A stretch of DNA of 64,000 nucleotides. Origin: an uncultured bacterium (lineage in GTDB: Bacteria > Chloroflexota > UBA5177 > JANWHV01). The notes under the pieces are model-generated. The model did no database searches, had not been told where the DNA came from, and was given only the letters and a program-made list of their open reading frames with translations. A program made the translations under genes and the position numbers. Below, piece by piece: positions 48,907-59,093 of this stretch. Every line of letters starts with the position of its first letter. Position 1 is the first letter of the stretch. Location of the stretch: positions 832,001 to 896,000 of the forward strand of contig CAVSOU010000011.1 in NCBI GenBank assembly GCA_963729625.1, written 5' to 3'.

Positions 48907-49395
48907 GTGCCCGAGTACGACTCCTTCTTGCTACGTGTGTGGCGCAGCAGGCGACGCGATGGCTGGGAGTGGGTACTGAGATTGGAGCACCTACAGGGAG
49001 AGGAACGGCAAGAGTTTGATAACCCGGAAGCGCTGGTAGAGGCGCTTTGGGCGCTGGTGGAGGCGCAGTCCGCCTCGAAGGCCGAGCCGTCGCACATCGG
49101 CAGTGCCGGCGAGGTCAGCGTAGCGGAGTCCGCTGAATCTGAGATGCAGAGGGGCCAGTCAACCGGACCCCAGGTCATCTGGTCCGCCAGGGTGCTGTGC
49201 GCGACTTGCTCAGCGGTCAGACGTGTTCTCCACTGTGCTCCGCTGAAGGGCCGCGCTAGAAGTCGCCGACTACCACCCGGGCGGACGACATGCTGCGTGT
49301 CCGCCGCGGCAAAGGGACCAAGACGCGATCCGGGCGGCTGTCTTCGGCGCGGTGCTCGACGTCCTGTACCAGTTGGAGCCTACAGCATTTCGTGA
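48907..49395 (+). CDS. Small hypothetical protein (YDSFLLRVW..W..RLEH..GEE..F type)
   Basis: AAGGGAG RBS; first 55 aa or so look like a compact conserved domain; the 3' part may be non-conserved run-on. Confidence 0.55.
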   Translation: MPEYDSFLLRVWRSRRRDGWEWVLRLEHLQGEERQEFDNPEALVEALWALVEAQSASKAEPSHIGSAGEVSVAESAESEMQRGQSTGPQVIWSARVLCATCSAVRRVLHCAPLKGRARSRRLPPGRTTCCVSAAAKGPRRDPGGCLRRGARRPVPVGAYSIS

Positions 49396-49629
49396 CTCTC
49401 CACTGACCCGGCGTAACTCCCTACTCGCCGCGCACGTCAACGCGGAACAACGCAGTCTTCACGACCGAGTCGCCTTGGTTGATTCCGCGTACCCTTACAG
49501 TTGTGCGGCTGGGGACGTTCAGGCTCTGCAACCGGAAGGTGCGCCGGTCAGGCCCGCACTCTCGAGCCAGGTCCTTGCCATTTGGCGCGCGTGGTCGCGT
49601 TTATCGGCGTGCGATACGGAGGGCGGACA

Positions 49630-50597
49630 ATGCGTCTCGGACGTCATGCGACACGCGTCTCGCGTCTGGTTCTTGCTGCCTGCGTCATCTCCACAGGAGG
49701 GGCGGTTCTGGGCGCTGGCGCCGGTGCGCGCGTCAGCGCGGCGAAGGACTCAGGCTCGAATGTGCAGATCGAGTACAAAGGGAACTTCGTCAGTACCGGA
49801 ATCTCACAAGTCAATCAGGGACAGGTGATCAAGAGGGTCAGCGCGGTTCAGTGGGACTTTGTCTGGTCAGGTACGGTCGACCAGCTGTTCTATCCGATCA
49901 AGTATGGCTTGCCTTCGGGGAACGTGCTTGTGCCGCGCTTGCTGACGGGTTCGACCATCGTCGCCTATCCCCCGAATGAGCCTGGAAGCTGCACGGGCGC
50001 ACTGTCGCTGCGCAAGTTCGCACAGGCATCGAACGGTGCGGCGAGCATACCTACCGCGCTTGCTCTGAACGGCGTCCCGGATGTCGACCGATCCAAGATT
50101 GACCTGGGGTTCGTCATCCCGGAATCGGGTCTTATCCTGCAATCCAGCGGCACAGGGGATTGCTCAGCCGGTTCCTACAGCTCCGGCGCAGCGGACAGCC
50201 TGAACATCAAACGGCCACAACCGGTGTTCAGCCTGACGAACCTCGGGGTCACGCAGACTAAGAGCTACAACGGCACCGAAAGGACCGCGACCTCCGGCGA
50301 GGTCGACACGACCACCATACGATCGACCGTTATGTTTGGCGGCGCGGCCTGCACCGGCTCGTCGTCTGCCGGAGGCTCGAGTGGGCTGGCCGCGCTCTTC
50401 GGCTGCTATGTGGCACTTGGCGATTCCTACTCGGCAGGTCAGACCCCATCTTCGCCGGGCACGACGTCTGCTCTGCCTCGAGCTACTTCTTCCCGCTGGA
50501 TGCTGTGACCTACGCCGAGACGCTTCACCCGAACGCCGAAGGGCACGCACAGCTGGCGTCGCTCCTGCGGCGTGCTGCCGGCCCACCTCCCGACTGA
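49630..50597 (+). pseudogene. Secreted protein with internally deleted SGNH/GDSL hydrolase domain
   Basis: Signal peptide; YVALGDSYSAG (block I) is joined at about 50441 to DPIFAGHDVC..ETLHPNAEGHAQLA (block V) in another frame. Confidence 0.78.
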
Positions 50598-51294
50598 CAC
50601 ATGTCTCTGTCGGCGCGTGTTTCACGGCAAGCAAAGCATGTTCTCGTCTCAAGGCTGGCCGCGGGGTCGACAGAAGACTTGAGCGCCCGATCCTCAATTA
50701 TCGAGAGCCGTAATCGCCACCGCCTTTACAGACGCGACTCATGGATCTCGGAAGCCCACGGACTGCACGGAATTGCAGTACCAGGCTCAGTGAGGTGCAG
50801 CGGCAGCGCAGTCATGCCGTATGGCCGTTTCGTCCGTCTGCTCGCCGCTGCAGCGTCCGCAAGAAGCGCGGCACTGGTCACTTGTCTGGGAGCGGGACCC
50901 ACTCCTTCTGCTCGGTGTGTGCTTACCGGCATGGGCCCTACACTGGTACTTACCATGGGCCCAATTGCGGCGTGAGGAGTCAGGAGCGCCCGGAAGCATC
51001 ACCGCTCGCCGTAGCGGGGCGGGCAGGGCAGAGCGATATGACGGGCCAATGTCGAAGACCGCGGCGAATTGAGGCGCAGACGACGAGGACGGCGGATGCT
51101 GCTGCCTCGACACCGCTCAGGCGACCTGGCGAAGCCTTCGTGCGCGGCACCAATCAAGTGATAAACCAACCGGAAAGTGGCGCACAAACGCGAAGGAACC
51201 CCGAACTGTTACGTTATGCGGCAACGTGCTAGCGTAGAGTCTGGTCGTGCAGCGTGTATGACTGCCGGAAGCGCTCAATCAGCGGGGCGGCAGC

Positions 51295-51363
51295 CACCGC
51301 GTCACCAACATCTACCGCCGTGAGGGTGGGGAGTGGAAGATTGTTCATCACCACGCCGATGCC
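51295..51363 (+). pseudogene. C-terminal fragment of an NTF2/SnoaL-like protein
   Basis: Translates HRVTNIYRREGGEWKIVHHHADA. Confidence 0.65.
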
Positions 51364-51491
51364 TCGGCGGACGAGGAGTTGGCAGCGGTCCAGCTGCGCC
51401 CCCATGTCTTCCATGGTGAGTGGAACTACACCATCAGTCCTGCTGCAAGCGTGGCATGATTGTCCACTTTATCCTTTGACAGATCATAAGT
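51364..51491 (+). mobile_element. 3' remnant of an ISAzo13-family insertion sequence
   Basis: ADEELAAVQLRPHVFHGEWNYTISP (stop at 51459) matches the FHGEWNYTI.P end of ISAzo13 transposases; followed by AT-rich TTTATCCTTTGACAGATCATAAG, a possible right end. Confidence 0.72.
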
Positions 51492-51516
51492 CCCCAAGAC
51501 AACTCGTGAACGGGGT

Positions 51517-54500
51517 GTGTGTGTGCGCAAAGCGTGCCGACTAATCTCTGCTTGCGCGCTGCTCGTGGCCTGGGTGATGCGGCTCCTGGCCGTGCCCGCC
51601 GTCGCGAGTCCCGTGCAGCTCTCGCCCTTCCACAGTCAGATCGCACACCATGCGGTAATGCAGGTGGCCGTGCTGCCCTCGAGCATCGACGTCGGCCGTG
51701 ATGTTGTGCTTCGCGTCGTGGTGCGTGGCGCTTCCGGCACGCCCCTCAGTGACGCCGTGCTCAATGTGAGCGGCGCCGGCCTGCCTGTGCTGGCTTCTAC
51801 GAAAGACGGACAGGCGCAATTGCGTATTCACGCAGCGGTGTTGGGTGTCGCGACGCTTGCGGTCAGCCACAGTGGCTATGCCCCCGCAGTGCTCAGGCTT
51901 CCCATTATTGCAGGTCCACCGGCGGTCGTGGTGGCGCTCAAACGAGGTTTGAGCGTGCGTGCGCCGGGCGCGCCTGCCCAGCCGGGCCGGGTCGGACTTG
52001 ATCTCTTGGAGCGCTACCACGCTGCCACGGCAGCTCGCCAGTTTGCCTCGCTGGGCCTCCGCGACGGGACACTGGTGGATCTGAACAGTCAGACCGACGT
52101 AATGATTCGGGACCCGCTGCACATGACCCTGAGCAAGGGAGAGTTGTTCCTCGAAATCGTGCACGGAGATGTTCAGCCGCATGTGATTCAGGTGGGAAGT
52201 GCGGTGGCCGCGACGCACGGCACACGTCTCGACGTTCGCCTTGACCGAGCGACCCGGGTCACGGTAGTGACCGTGTTCGATGGGCTGGTGCGCGTCAGCA
52301 ATAAGGGCGCAACGGTGTCCGTGGGCGCCGGTCAACAATCTACCATTCCGGCCAATGCATCCCCAGGTGCGCCTGCACCTGCGAATCTCAGCACTATTGC
52401 TGCCTGGCTCAGCAACCTTCCCAATACCACGCCAGCAGTGGTACCAGCTTTCGCGACCACGGTGTTGCCGCCTGCTCCACGGATAGGATTTCCTCCTGTC
52501 GCGCCTACGGCCACGCTGACTATCACCGCAAATCTTGAGCGCACGAACTGGTCCGGCGTGGTGCGTCTTGAAGGTGCGGTCACCATACCGGCGACCAGCA
52601 CTGTGACCGTTCAGCTGGGTACTGTCATGCTGACAGACGGCTCCAACTTGACTGTGGAAGGCACGCTACTTGCCCAAGGTACCGCCAACGCCCCGATCAT
52701 TGTCACCAGCTCGTTGCCGAGTCCCCATGCCGGAGTCGGCGGCGCGATATTCATCGACGGACCGCGGGCGGGTGGCACACGTCTGGACTACGTCCACGAT
52801 TTCTATAGCCTTGGGTCCGGTGTGTCGGTCACGGGTGGGGCGCAGCCGGTGATCAGCAACAGTGCGTTCATCGCGAGCACCGAGCAGGGGATATATATCG
52901 ACGACACAAGTGCACCCACTATCGCGAATTGTGTGTTCGCGAGCAACGGGGAATATGCAGTCTCCAGCCCGGTGAGTGCATCGGGATTAATTACCGGAAC
53001 AGCCCTCGGTGCAGGTCAACTTGGCATATTGGTGCGCGACGGCACCACGAGCCATGCGACGACCTGGCACAGTCAGAACGCTCCGTTTATCCTTTCCTTC
53101 GTGACGGTGGCGGCAGGCACAACGCTGAGCGTCGAGCCGGGAGTGGTGGTCGAGATGGTCAAGCGGGAGTCCTCGGACTCAACCTTGACTATCCGGGGAG
53201 TGCTCATTGCCCGTGGCACTGCCGCGGCGCCGATCATCTTTACCAGCGCGGCTCCGCAGCCTCAGCCGGGCGACTGGCGCTCCATCGCGTTCACGGGTAC
53301 CGGCACTGCCGGGAGCGTCCTCGAGCATGCGCTTGTGTTTTATGGGGGATCCGGGCTTCTCAGTCCGGGCTCAGTGGTCGCGACAGCTGGCGCGTCGCCC
53401 AGCATTCTTCGGAGTACAATCGCCCAATCGGGACAGAATGGTATCTACTCCGACGATGTGAGCCGCCCAGACGTCTTGAACTGCACCTTCGCCGGGAACT
53501 TGCTGTTTGCAGCATCTGTCCCGGCTGAGGGCGCGGCCCTGGTTTCGAACGCGGCCTTTGCGACCGGCCAGGCGGGCATCGAGATCCGCGGCAACAGCTT
53601 CGGCCACGTCCTGTCGATCACCCGTCCGACCATCTGGCCGTATGAATCGGTGCCGTATGTGCTCGACAACGGCGCGGTAACCGTAACAGCCTCGCTCGTG
53701 ATTGAGCCCGGCACCGTGATTGAGCTTGGCGAGCTGAATAGGTTCGTGATTACCGGCACCTTGCTGGCGGTCGGGCAGCCAGACAATCCGATTATCTTCA
53801 CGGACATTCCGAGCTCGGGTCCGAGCGCTATCGGCGGCAGTATTGTGCTGAGCGGCCAATCGGCCAGTCACAGCGCTTTCCAATACGTGGGCTTCTTCCA
53901 CGGCTACGATCAGCTCGTATCCGTAGACGGCGGCGCCGCTCCCACCATCGCCGACAGCTTGTTTGCGCAGGCGGCTGGAACCGGTATCTATGTGGACGCA
54001 ACAAGTCATCCGTCGATCACTGATTGTGTTTTCGCGGGCCTCACCCGCGATGCCATCGAAGTGCCCGGCGACGCCGCGGATGGGGTTCGCGGCACGCTGC
54101 TGGGACTCGGGCAGGCAGGCATTGCTATCACGGGCTCGGTAATCACACACAGCACCACGTGGCATCGGCAGGACGCGCCGTTTACTATCGCTGGCAGCGA
54201 GACTGTCGTAGCTGGCGCGACGCTGACCATCGAGCAAGGGACGGTGGTGGCCATGGAACACCACCAGTCGTCTGGCGGCTTACTTTGGATTCGAGGTACG
54301 CTGCTGGCACGCGGGACAGCAAACGAGCCAATCACGTTCACCACCGATGCACCAGTGCCCCAACCTGGCTCCTGGGAAGGTCTGTTTTTCGATGGGAAAC
54401 GCGCCAGCGACAGCAGAATGGACCACACGATCATCGAGTATGGGGGCTCGGTCGACTATGTCGCGGGCATGGTCTACATTGGAGACGGTGCCAGTCCGGC

Positions 54501-54693
54501 CATTACCAATTCAAGCATCCTCAATTCATCCAGTGGGGGAATAGTGGTGAGTAGCACCAGCACCCCCACGATCCGCGGCTGCTTCTTCCGTGGTCTGCGC
54601 GGATACGCCATTACCATTCCGGCTGCAGACCGTGCGAATGTTGGCGGCAACACCTTCGCTCCGGGTCAGCTGGGCATCGAGACCAGCAGTTGA
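51517..54693 (+). CDS. Secreted FecR-domain plus right-handed beta-helix repeat protein
   Basis: Signal peptide, Ig-like region, FecR pattern (LRDGTLVDLNSQT..LSKGEL..AATHGTRLDV..VTVFDGLVRV..VGAGQ), then four modules starting G.L.A.G....PI.FT. Start could be 51523. Confidence 0.85.
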   Translation: MCVRKACRLISACALLVAWVMRLLAVPAVASPVQLSPFHSQIAHHAVMQVAVLPSSIDVGRDVVLRVVVRGASGTPLSDAVLNVSGAGLPVLASTKDGQAQLRIHAAVLGVATLAVSHSGYAPAVLRLPIIAGPPAVVVALKRGLSVRAPGAPAQPGRVGLDLLERYHAATAARQFASLGLRDGTLVDLNSQTDVMIRDPLHMTLSKGELFLEIVHGDVQPHVIQVGSAVAATHGTRLDVRLDRATRVTVVTVFDGLVRVSNKGATVSVGAGQQSTIPANASPGAPAPANLSTIAAWLSNLPNTTPAVVPAFATTVLPPAPRIGFPPVAPTATLTITANLERTNWSGVVRLEGAVTIPATSTVTVQLGTVMLTDGSNLTVEGTLLAQGTANAPIIVTSSLPSPHAGVGGAIFIDGPRAGGTRLDYVHDFYSLGSGVSVTGGAQPVISNSAFIASTEQGIYIDDTSAPTIANCVFASNGEYAVSSPVSASGLITGTALGAGQLGILVRDGTTSHATTWHSQNAPFILSFVTVAAGTTLSVEPGVVVEMVKRESSDSTLTIRGVLIARGTAAAPIIFTSAAPQPQPGDWRSIAFTGTGTAGSVLEHALVFYGGSGLLSPGSVVATAGASPSILRSTIAQSGQNGIYSDDVSRPDVLNCTFAGNLLFAASVPAEGAALVSNAAFATGQAGIEIRGNSFGHVLSITRPTIWPYESVPYVLDNGAVTVTASLVIEPGTVIELGELNRFVITGTLLAVGQPDNPIIFTDIPSSGPSAIGGSIVLSGQSASHSAFQYVGFFHGYDQLVSVDGGAAPTIADSLFAQAAGTGIYVDATSHPSITDCVFAGLTRDAIEVPGDAADGVRGTLLGLGQAGIAITGSVITHSTTWHRQDAPFTIAGSETVVAGATLTIEQGTVVAMEHHQSSGGLLWIRGTLLARGTANEPITFTTDAPVPQPGSWEGLFFDGKRASDSRMDHTIIEYGGSVDYVAGMVYIGDGASPAITNSSILNSSSGGIVVSSTSTPTIRGCFFRGLRGYAITIPAADRANVGGNTFAPGQLGIETSS

Positions 54694-54894
54694 GGCCGGT
54701 ACAACGCGGCGATGAGCGGCCCCCACGGAATAGCGCGTCGGTTGGCACACGGCGCATGTTTCGTGCGCCACCGCCTGCTCCGTGCTCAAGAGCGGCGTCG
54801 TCTCGCGCCTTCACCGCCCCGCCCGCCGTGATCGTCAGGGCTATCGCCGCCGCACTCACTCACGTTGTCCGGCGCCGCCACGATGAGCACCACG

Positions 54895-55776
54895 TCATAC
54901 CACCTCTTCCAGCTCGTCGGGTGCGGGCGTGGAAGCGGCGCTGACCGTCTCTTCCACGCGGTCCAGCCACTCGCTCACGAGGGCGTCCGTCACCGCCGGC
55001 TGGTTCCCAAAGAGGGTGTGACCGGCGCGATCGAGCACGGCGTAGGTGGCTCGCGGGTATAGCTCCAGCAGCCGCCATGCGTCCTGATAGCCAACAATCG
55101 CGTCCTGTCGCCCGGTCAGGATGAGGGTGGGACCGGCGAACGGCTCCGCCAGGTCGTCCGCGTCGAAGGAGAAGTCCAGGGCGCCGTCATTGGCCTGCCG
55201 CAAGCGCGCCAGGAACGCGCCATTGGCGGCCATGGCCGCGCGCAGAGCGCCTTGGTACCAACCGACGAGGTGCGGACTTTGCACCGGTTCCCCGGCGATG
55301 AGTGCGGCGATATCGACGGTGCCTTGGGGGTCGATGGCCTGCATCGCGGCCACGAACGCCGGGTCACGCACCAGCGTCTGCCTGGGCGGCTTGCTGGCTC
55401 GGCTGCCCATAGCGGGCACGAGGAAGCAGACGCCGTCGATCCTGGCCTGCCGCCGCAGCACCAGCCCGCGCGCCAGCAGGCCACCGTACGACCCTCCCAC
55501 GACCGCGAAGCGCCGGCCGGGCAGCACCGCGTCGATGAACGCCAGCAGTACCTCGAGCACCTGATCGTGGGTGGTCAGCCAGTCGGGTCCTGCCGTCTGC
55601 CCCGTACCAGGCAGATCCGGATAGATACGCCGCCAACCGGATCGCGCGGTGAAGTACGGCTCTATGACGTCTGCCGCAAAGCGGCTATCGTGTGCCCAGC
55701 CGGGCAAGACCAGCAGCGGTTGCCCCTCGCCGAGCTCCTCATAGTAGACCGAGATGTTCGGCAATTCGCAGCGCAT
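54895..55776 (-). CDS. Alpha/beta fold hydrolase
   Basis: YPDLPGTG, GGSYGG (GxSxG), GRQD and LDRAGH; GGAGG RBS. Confidence 0.93.
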   Translation of the reverse strand: MRCELPNISVYYEELGEGQPLLVLPGWAHDSRFAADVIEPYFTARSGWRRIYPDLPGTGQTAGPDWLTTHDQVLEVLLAFIDAVLPGRRFAVVGGSYGGLLARGLVLRRQARIDGVCFLVPAMGSRASKPPRQTLVRDPAFVAAMQAIDPQGTVDIAALIAGEPVQSPHLVGWYQGALRAAMAANGAFLARLRQANDGALDFSFDADDLAEPFAGPTLILTGRQDAIVGYQDAWRLLELYPRATYAVLDRAGHTLFGNQPAVTDALVSEWLDRVEETVSAASTPAPDELEEVV

Positions 55777-56263
55777 GGGCACGTACCTCCAGCCTCCTGC
55801 ATCGGACGATCTGCGCGCATACGGCCCAATCTCTCGCGCAGCCCGCAACGTATCCCACACAACCCAGCTCGACTGTAACGTGCAACGCCGGGGCGACTGG
55901 AAGGGCCGAGAGCGCCATCCGTAGCGGCTGAGCAGCCGTCGGAGGCGCTGTCCATTCGAGCACTTGCGCCCGGATCACTGGGCATGCGAGTGGCACACTG
56001 GTCGACAATCATGCCTTTTTCGGCACCTGCGCGCGACGCCCGCCAACGCATAATATGCGCGACATCAGCGTGTTCTGGGAGCGAGACGAAGCGTCCGGCA
56101 CGAGCTGGACGCTCAGGACGGTACTGCCAACACATCTCTCAGCCAACACTTAGCACGCCGTCACGCATCGATCATCATGCGGCGGTACGCTGCAATAGGT
56201 CGAGCGATGGGTAAAGGCGTGTCCACGGCCCGCGTGCGCGGCCCTCAGATTGGGGAACGAACC

Positions 56264-57109
56264 ATGCTACCTGTGATAGCGGCGGTACGCCGGCGCCAGT
56301 TCTTGCTGGCGATGCTTGGCGGAGCGCTGGCCGTCCCGGCCCTTGCGCGCAACGCGCTTGCCGCATCCGACATGCCCGCTGCGGCGAGCCTCGGACCATT
56401 GGTAAACATCCCGCAGACATACAACAATTGCGGTCCGGCCACGGTCGCCGAGGTGCTTGCCTACTGGGGCATCGCGCGCACGCAAGGCCAGGTGCAGGCC
56501 GCATTGCGCGTGGATGGATCGATTGTCGGCATGACACCCTACGGCGTACCCTCATATGCTCGTGACCTCGGCTTGCGCACGCTGATTGGTGTCGGCGGCA
56601 ATGCCGCGCTGATCAAGCATTTCGTCCAGAATCGGCTTCCGGTGATCGTTCATCAGGTCGTCAGCCTGAACGACTCCACCGGGCACTGGCGGCCGGTCGA
56701 AGCGTACGACGACACCCAGGGCGTGTTCGTGACCAGCGACACGTACCTTGGAGCCGGCTACCGGCTCGCCTACGACACGTTCGCGCGGCTCTGGGCGCAG
56801 CGTGGATATGCGTTCACCGTGCTCTACCCAGCCGCGCGCCAGGTGGCCGTCTCGGCCTCCCTGAGCGCTGCCGGCTGGCAGAAGGCGGCAGCCTACCGGC
56901 ATGACCTGGTTCTGCTCGAAGCCAATCGGCTGGACGCCAGCCCTGCATCCGCGCCGGCGAGCGCGGCCGCTGCCTACCGTTATCTCGCCATGGCCTGGGA
57001 CGCGTCGCAACTTGCACGCGCGTCGGATGCGCGTGCGTTCCTGCGGCAGGCGACGCGTGCCGGTGCAAGTCCAATCGAAGTGCGCTGGATCAGCGCCGAG
57101 ATCGCCTAG
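56264..57109 (+). CDS. Tat-exported C39-like cysteine peptidase
   Basis: RRRQFL twin-arginine motif, QTYNNCGPAT (Gln/Cys), GHWRPVEAYD (His) and SDTYLG. Confidence 0.82.
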   Translation: MLPVIAAVRRRQFLLAMLGGALAVPALARNALAASDMPAAASLGPLVNIPQTYNNCGPATVAEVLAYWGIARTQGQVQAALRVDGSIVGMTPYGVPSYARDLGLRTLIGVGGNAALIKHFVQNRLPVIVHQVVSLNDSTGHWRPVEAYDDTQGVFVTSDTYLGAGYRLAYDTFARLWAQRGYAFTVLYPAARQVAVSASLSAAGWQKAAAYRHDLVLLEANRLDASPASAPASAAAAYRYLAMAWDASQLARASDARAFLRQATRAGASPIEVRWISAEIA

Positions 57110-57183
57110 ATTTCCGGCCGCCCGAGCCTATCGCTGAGGGCGCAGCCCTGACCGGCACATCAAGCTCAGGAGGGAGACTCCTC

Positions 57184-58344
57184 GTGATCCACTGGCGAAA
57201 ACCGGCACTCATCTGTGTACTGCTTTCGATGCTCACGCTCCCACTCGCCGGCGCCCACGCGCCCGTCGCGCGCGCCGCGACCGGTATCTCGACGATCGTG
57301 TTGCCCGACGGAAGTCGACATACGCTGCAAACACCATCCGACCTGCAGGTTTCGGTCTACGCCACCGGGCTGCCCAACGCCAGGTTTATGGCTCTGGGAC
57401 CGCGGGGCGACGTCTTCGTGGGAAGCTGGTATGCCGGCACGGTTAGCGTGTTGCTCAACCGGAGCGGGGCGACGAGGGCGACCGGCGCCGTTACGCTGCT
57501 CAGCGGCCTCACCGTGCCCCATAGCGTAGCCTTTCGGAATGGACTGCTGTACGTTGCCGAGGAGGGGCAGGTCACCAGCTGGAGTTACGATCCGTCGGCC
57601 GTGCGCGCCGGTAACGAGCGCGTGGTCGTCGCGAGCCTGCCGACCGGAGGGCGGCATGTCACGCGTACCCTCAGCTTTGGGCCGGATGGATCGATCTATG
57701 TCTCGGTCGGCTCGTCCTGCAATGAGTGCATCGACTACTCGAATCGAGCCGTGATCATGCGCTATCGCGCCGACGGCTCCGGCGGGACCGTCTATGCGAG
57801 CGGCCTGCGCAACTCGGTCGGGCTGGCCTGGCAGCCGGGAACAAGCAGGCTGTGGTCGATCGACAACGGCGAAGATCTGCTGGGCGACAATATTCCTCCC
57901 GATGAGATTGACATAATCAAGCAAGGCGCCAACTATGGCTGGCCGTATTGTTGGGGCAATGGGCAGAAGGATCCGTCCGTCTACTCCGCCCCGGGCTACT
58001 GCGCGCGCACCGTCGGCCCCACCGTATCGCTGCAGGCGCACTCGGCCCCTCTGGGCCTGACCTTCTACAACGGCACCCGACTACCGGCGCGCTACCGTGG
58101 CGGCATCTTCGTGGCTTACCACGGATCGGCCTACCGGTCGCAGCTGACCGGCTACAAGGTTGTCTTCATACCGGTGCATGGGACATACGCCGGGCAGCCG
58201 CAGGACATCGTTTCGGGCTGGCTTCCATCGGACGGGAGCAGCGTCTGGGGCCGGCCGGTTGGACTGCTGGTCGCTGCCGACGGCAGCCTGCTCATCTCCG
58301 ATGATATGGGTGGCGTCATCTACCGTCTGTCGACGGCAGGGTGA
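57184..58344 (+). CDS. PQQ-dependent sugar / sorbosone dehydrogenase family protein
   Basis: Signal peptide, HVTRTLSFGPDG, VGSSCN, GLRNSVG, NYGWPY, AHSAPLGL and WGRPVG. Confidence 0.93.
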   Translation: MIHWRKPALICVLLSMLTLPLAGAHAPVARAATGISTIVLPDGSRHTLQTPSDLQVSVYATGLPNARFMALGPRGDVFVGSWYAGTVSVLLNRSGATRATGAVTLLSGLTVPHSVAFRNGLLYVAEEGQVTSWSYDPSAVRAGNERVVVASLPTGGRHVTRTLSFGPDGSIYVSVGSSCNECIDYSNRAVIMRYRADGSGGTVYASGLRNSVGLAWQPGTSRLWSIDNGEDLLGDNIPPDEIDIIKQGANYGWPYCWGNGQKDPSVYSAPGYCARTVGPTVSLQAHSAPLGLTFYNGTRLPARYRGGIFVAYHGSAYRSQLTGYKVVFIPVHGTYAGQPQDIVSGWLPSDGSSVWGRPVGLLVAADGSLLISDDMGGVIYRLSTAG

Positions 58345-58625
58345 TGATCCCATACCAATGGCCGCCGGCCTCTCTACGGCTGCTGAGCATCGTACGCCGG
58401 CCGCTTGCGCGTCCAGGTTAGGTTGTGTGCACAGCCCCATGTGCCAAAGGGCGGGCCGCCTCGATAAAGTTTGATCCGGGGTCAGCGGGTTTCGGCGGTG
58501 GCGAACCGCTGTACCCCTCGGTCGAGAACCTCGAGTGCATTCTCCGCGATCTGCACAAGTGACGTCCTGCTGGCTAAAGATCCGTCTGCTTCTGCCGAAT
58601 ACGGTAGCGAGCGGAAAGGTCTGAC

Positions 58626-58907
58626 ATGCCTGTAGCGGTGGCGGAGCAGAGAGAGTTCATCGACCTGTTCCTCGATGCACTCGACGAGCAGGAGGCCGTC
58701 CAGGCAGCAGCCCCAACGGTACTCTGGCAGCCTACGTGCGCTGAGATGGCCAGCGTGCGGCACGCCAGCATGAACCGCGTTGTGCAGTCCGCCGCGGCGC
58801 GTCATACCGCCTCGCGGCAGCAGATGGCGACCTTGAGGCAGGGCCAGGAAACCGTCAGCTTCTACTATGGCCGCGGCGTAGTGCTCGAGCAGATGTGGCT
58901 CGCCTAG
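58626..58907 (+). CDS. Small hypothetical protein
   Basis: GGAAAGG RBS; 93 aa; no motif. Confidence 0.55.
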   Translation: MPVAVAEQREFIDLFLDALDEQEAVQAAAPTVLWQPTCAEMASVRHASMNRVVQSAAARHTASRQQMATLRQGQETVSFYYGRGVVLEQMWLA

Positions 58908-59093
58908 TGTATTCCCACGCGTGTGGGTACCCGACCACCTCCCAGCAGTAGGGAGAGAAGCGCGAACCGGTTCGGATTACGCCCCCCTATGCTACGTTTT
59001 CGAACGCAACGTGCCCGTCCAGTGCTAGTATGGAACCCAACAGGTGTACAAATGCGCATGCGATCGGGTCGCGTGTTTCGAAAGGCGAATCCA

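Noticed and set aside
58963-58974. CGAACCGGTTCG palindrome upstream of ftsZ read as a LexA box
   Set aside because: The spacer between GAAC and GTTC is 2 nt rather than 4. It may still be an operator, but SOS control is not supported.
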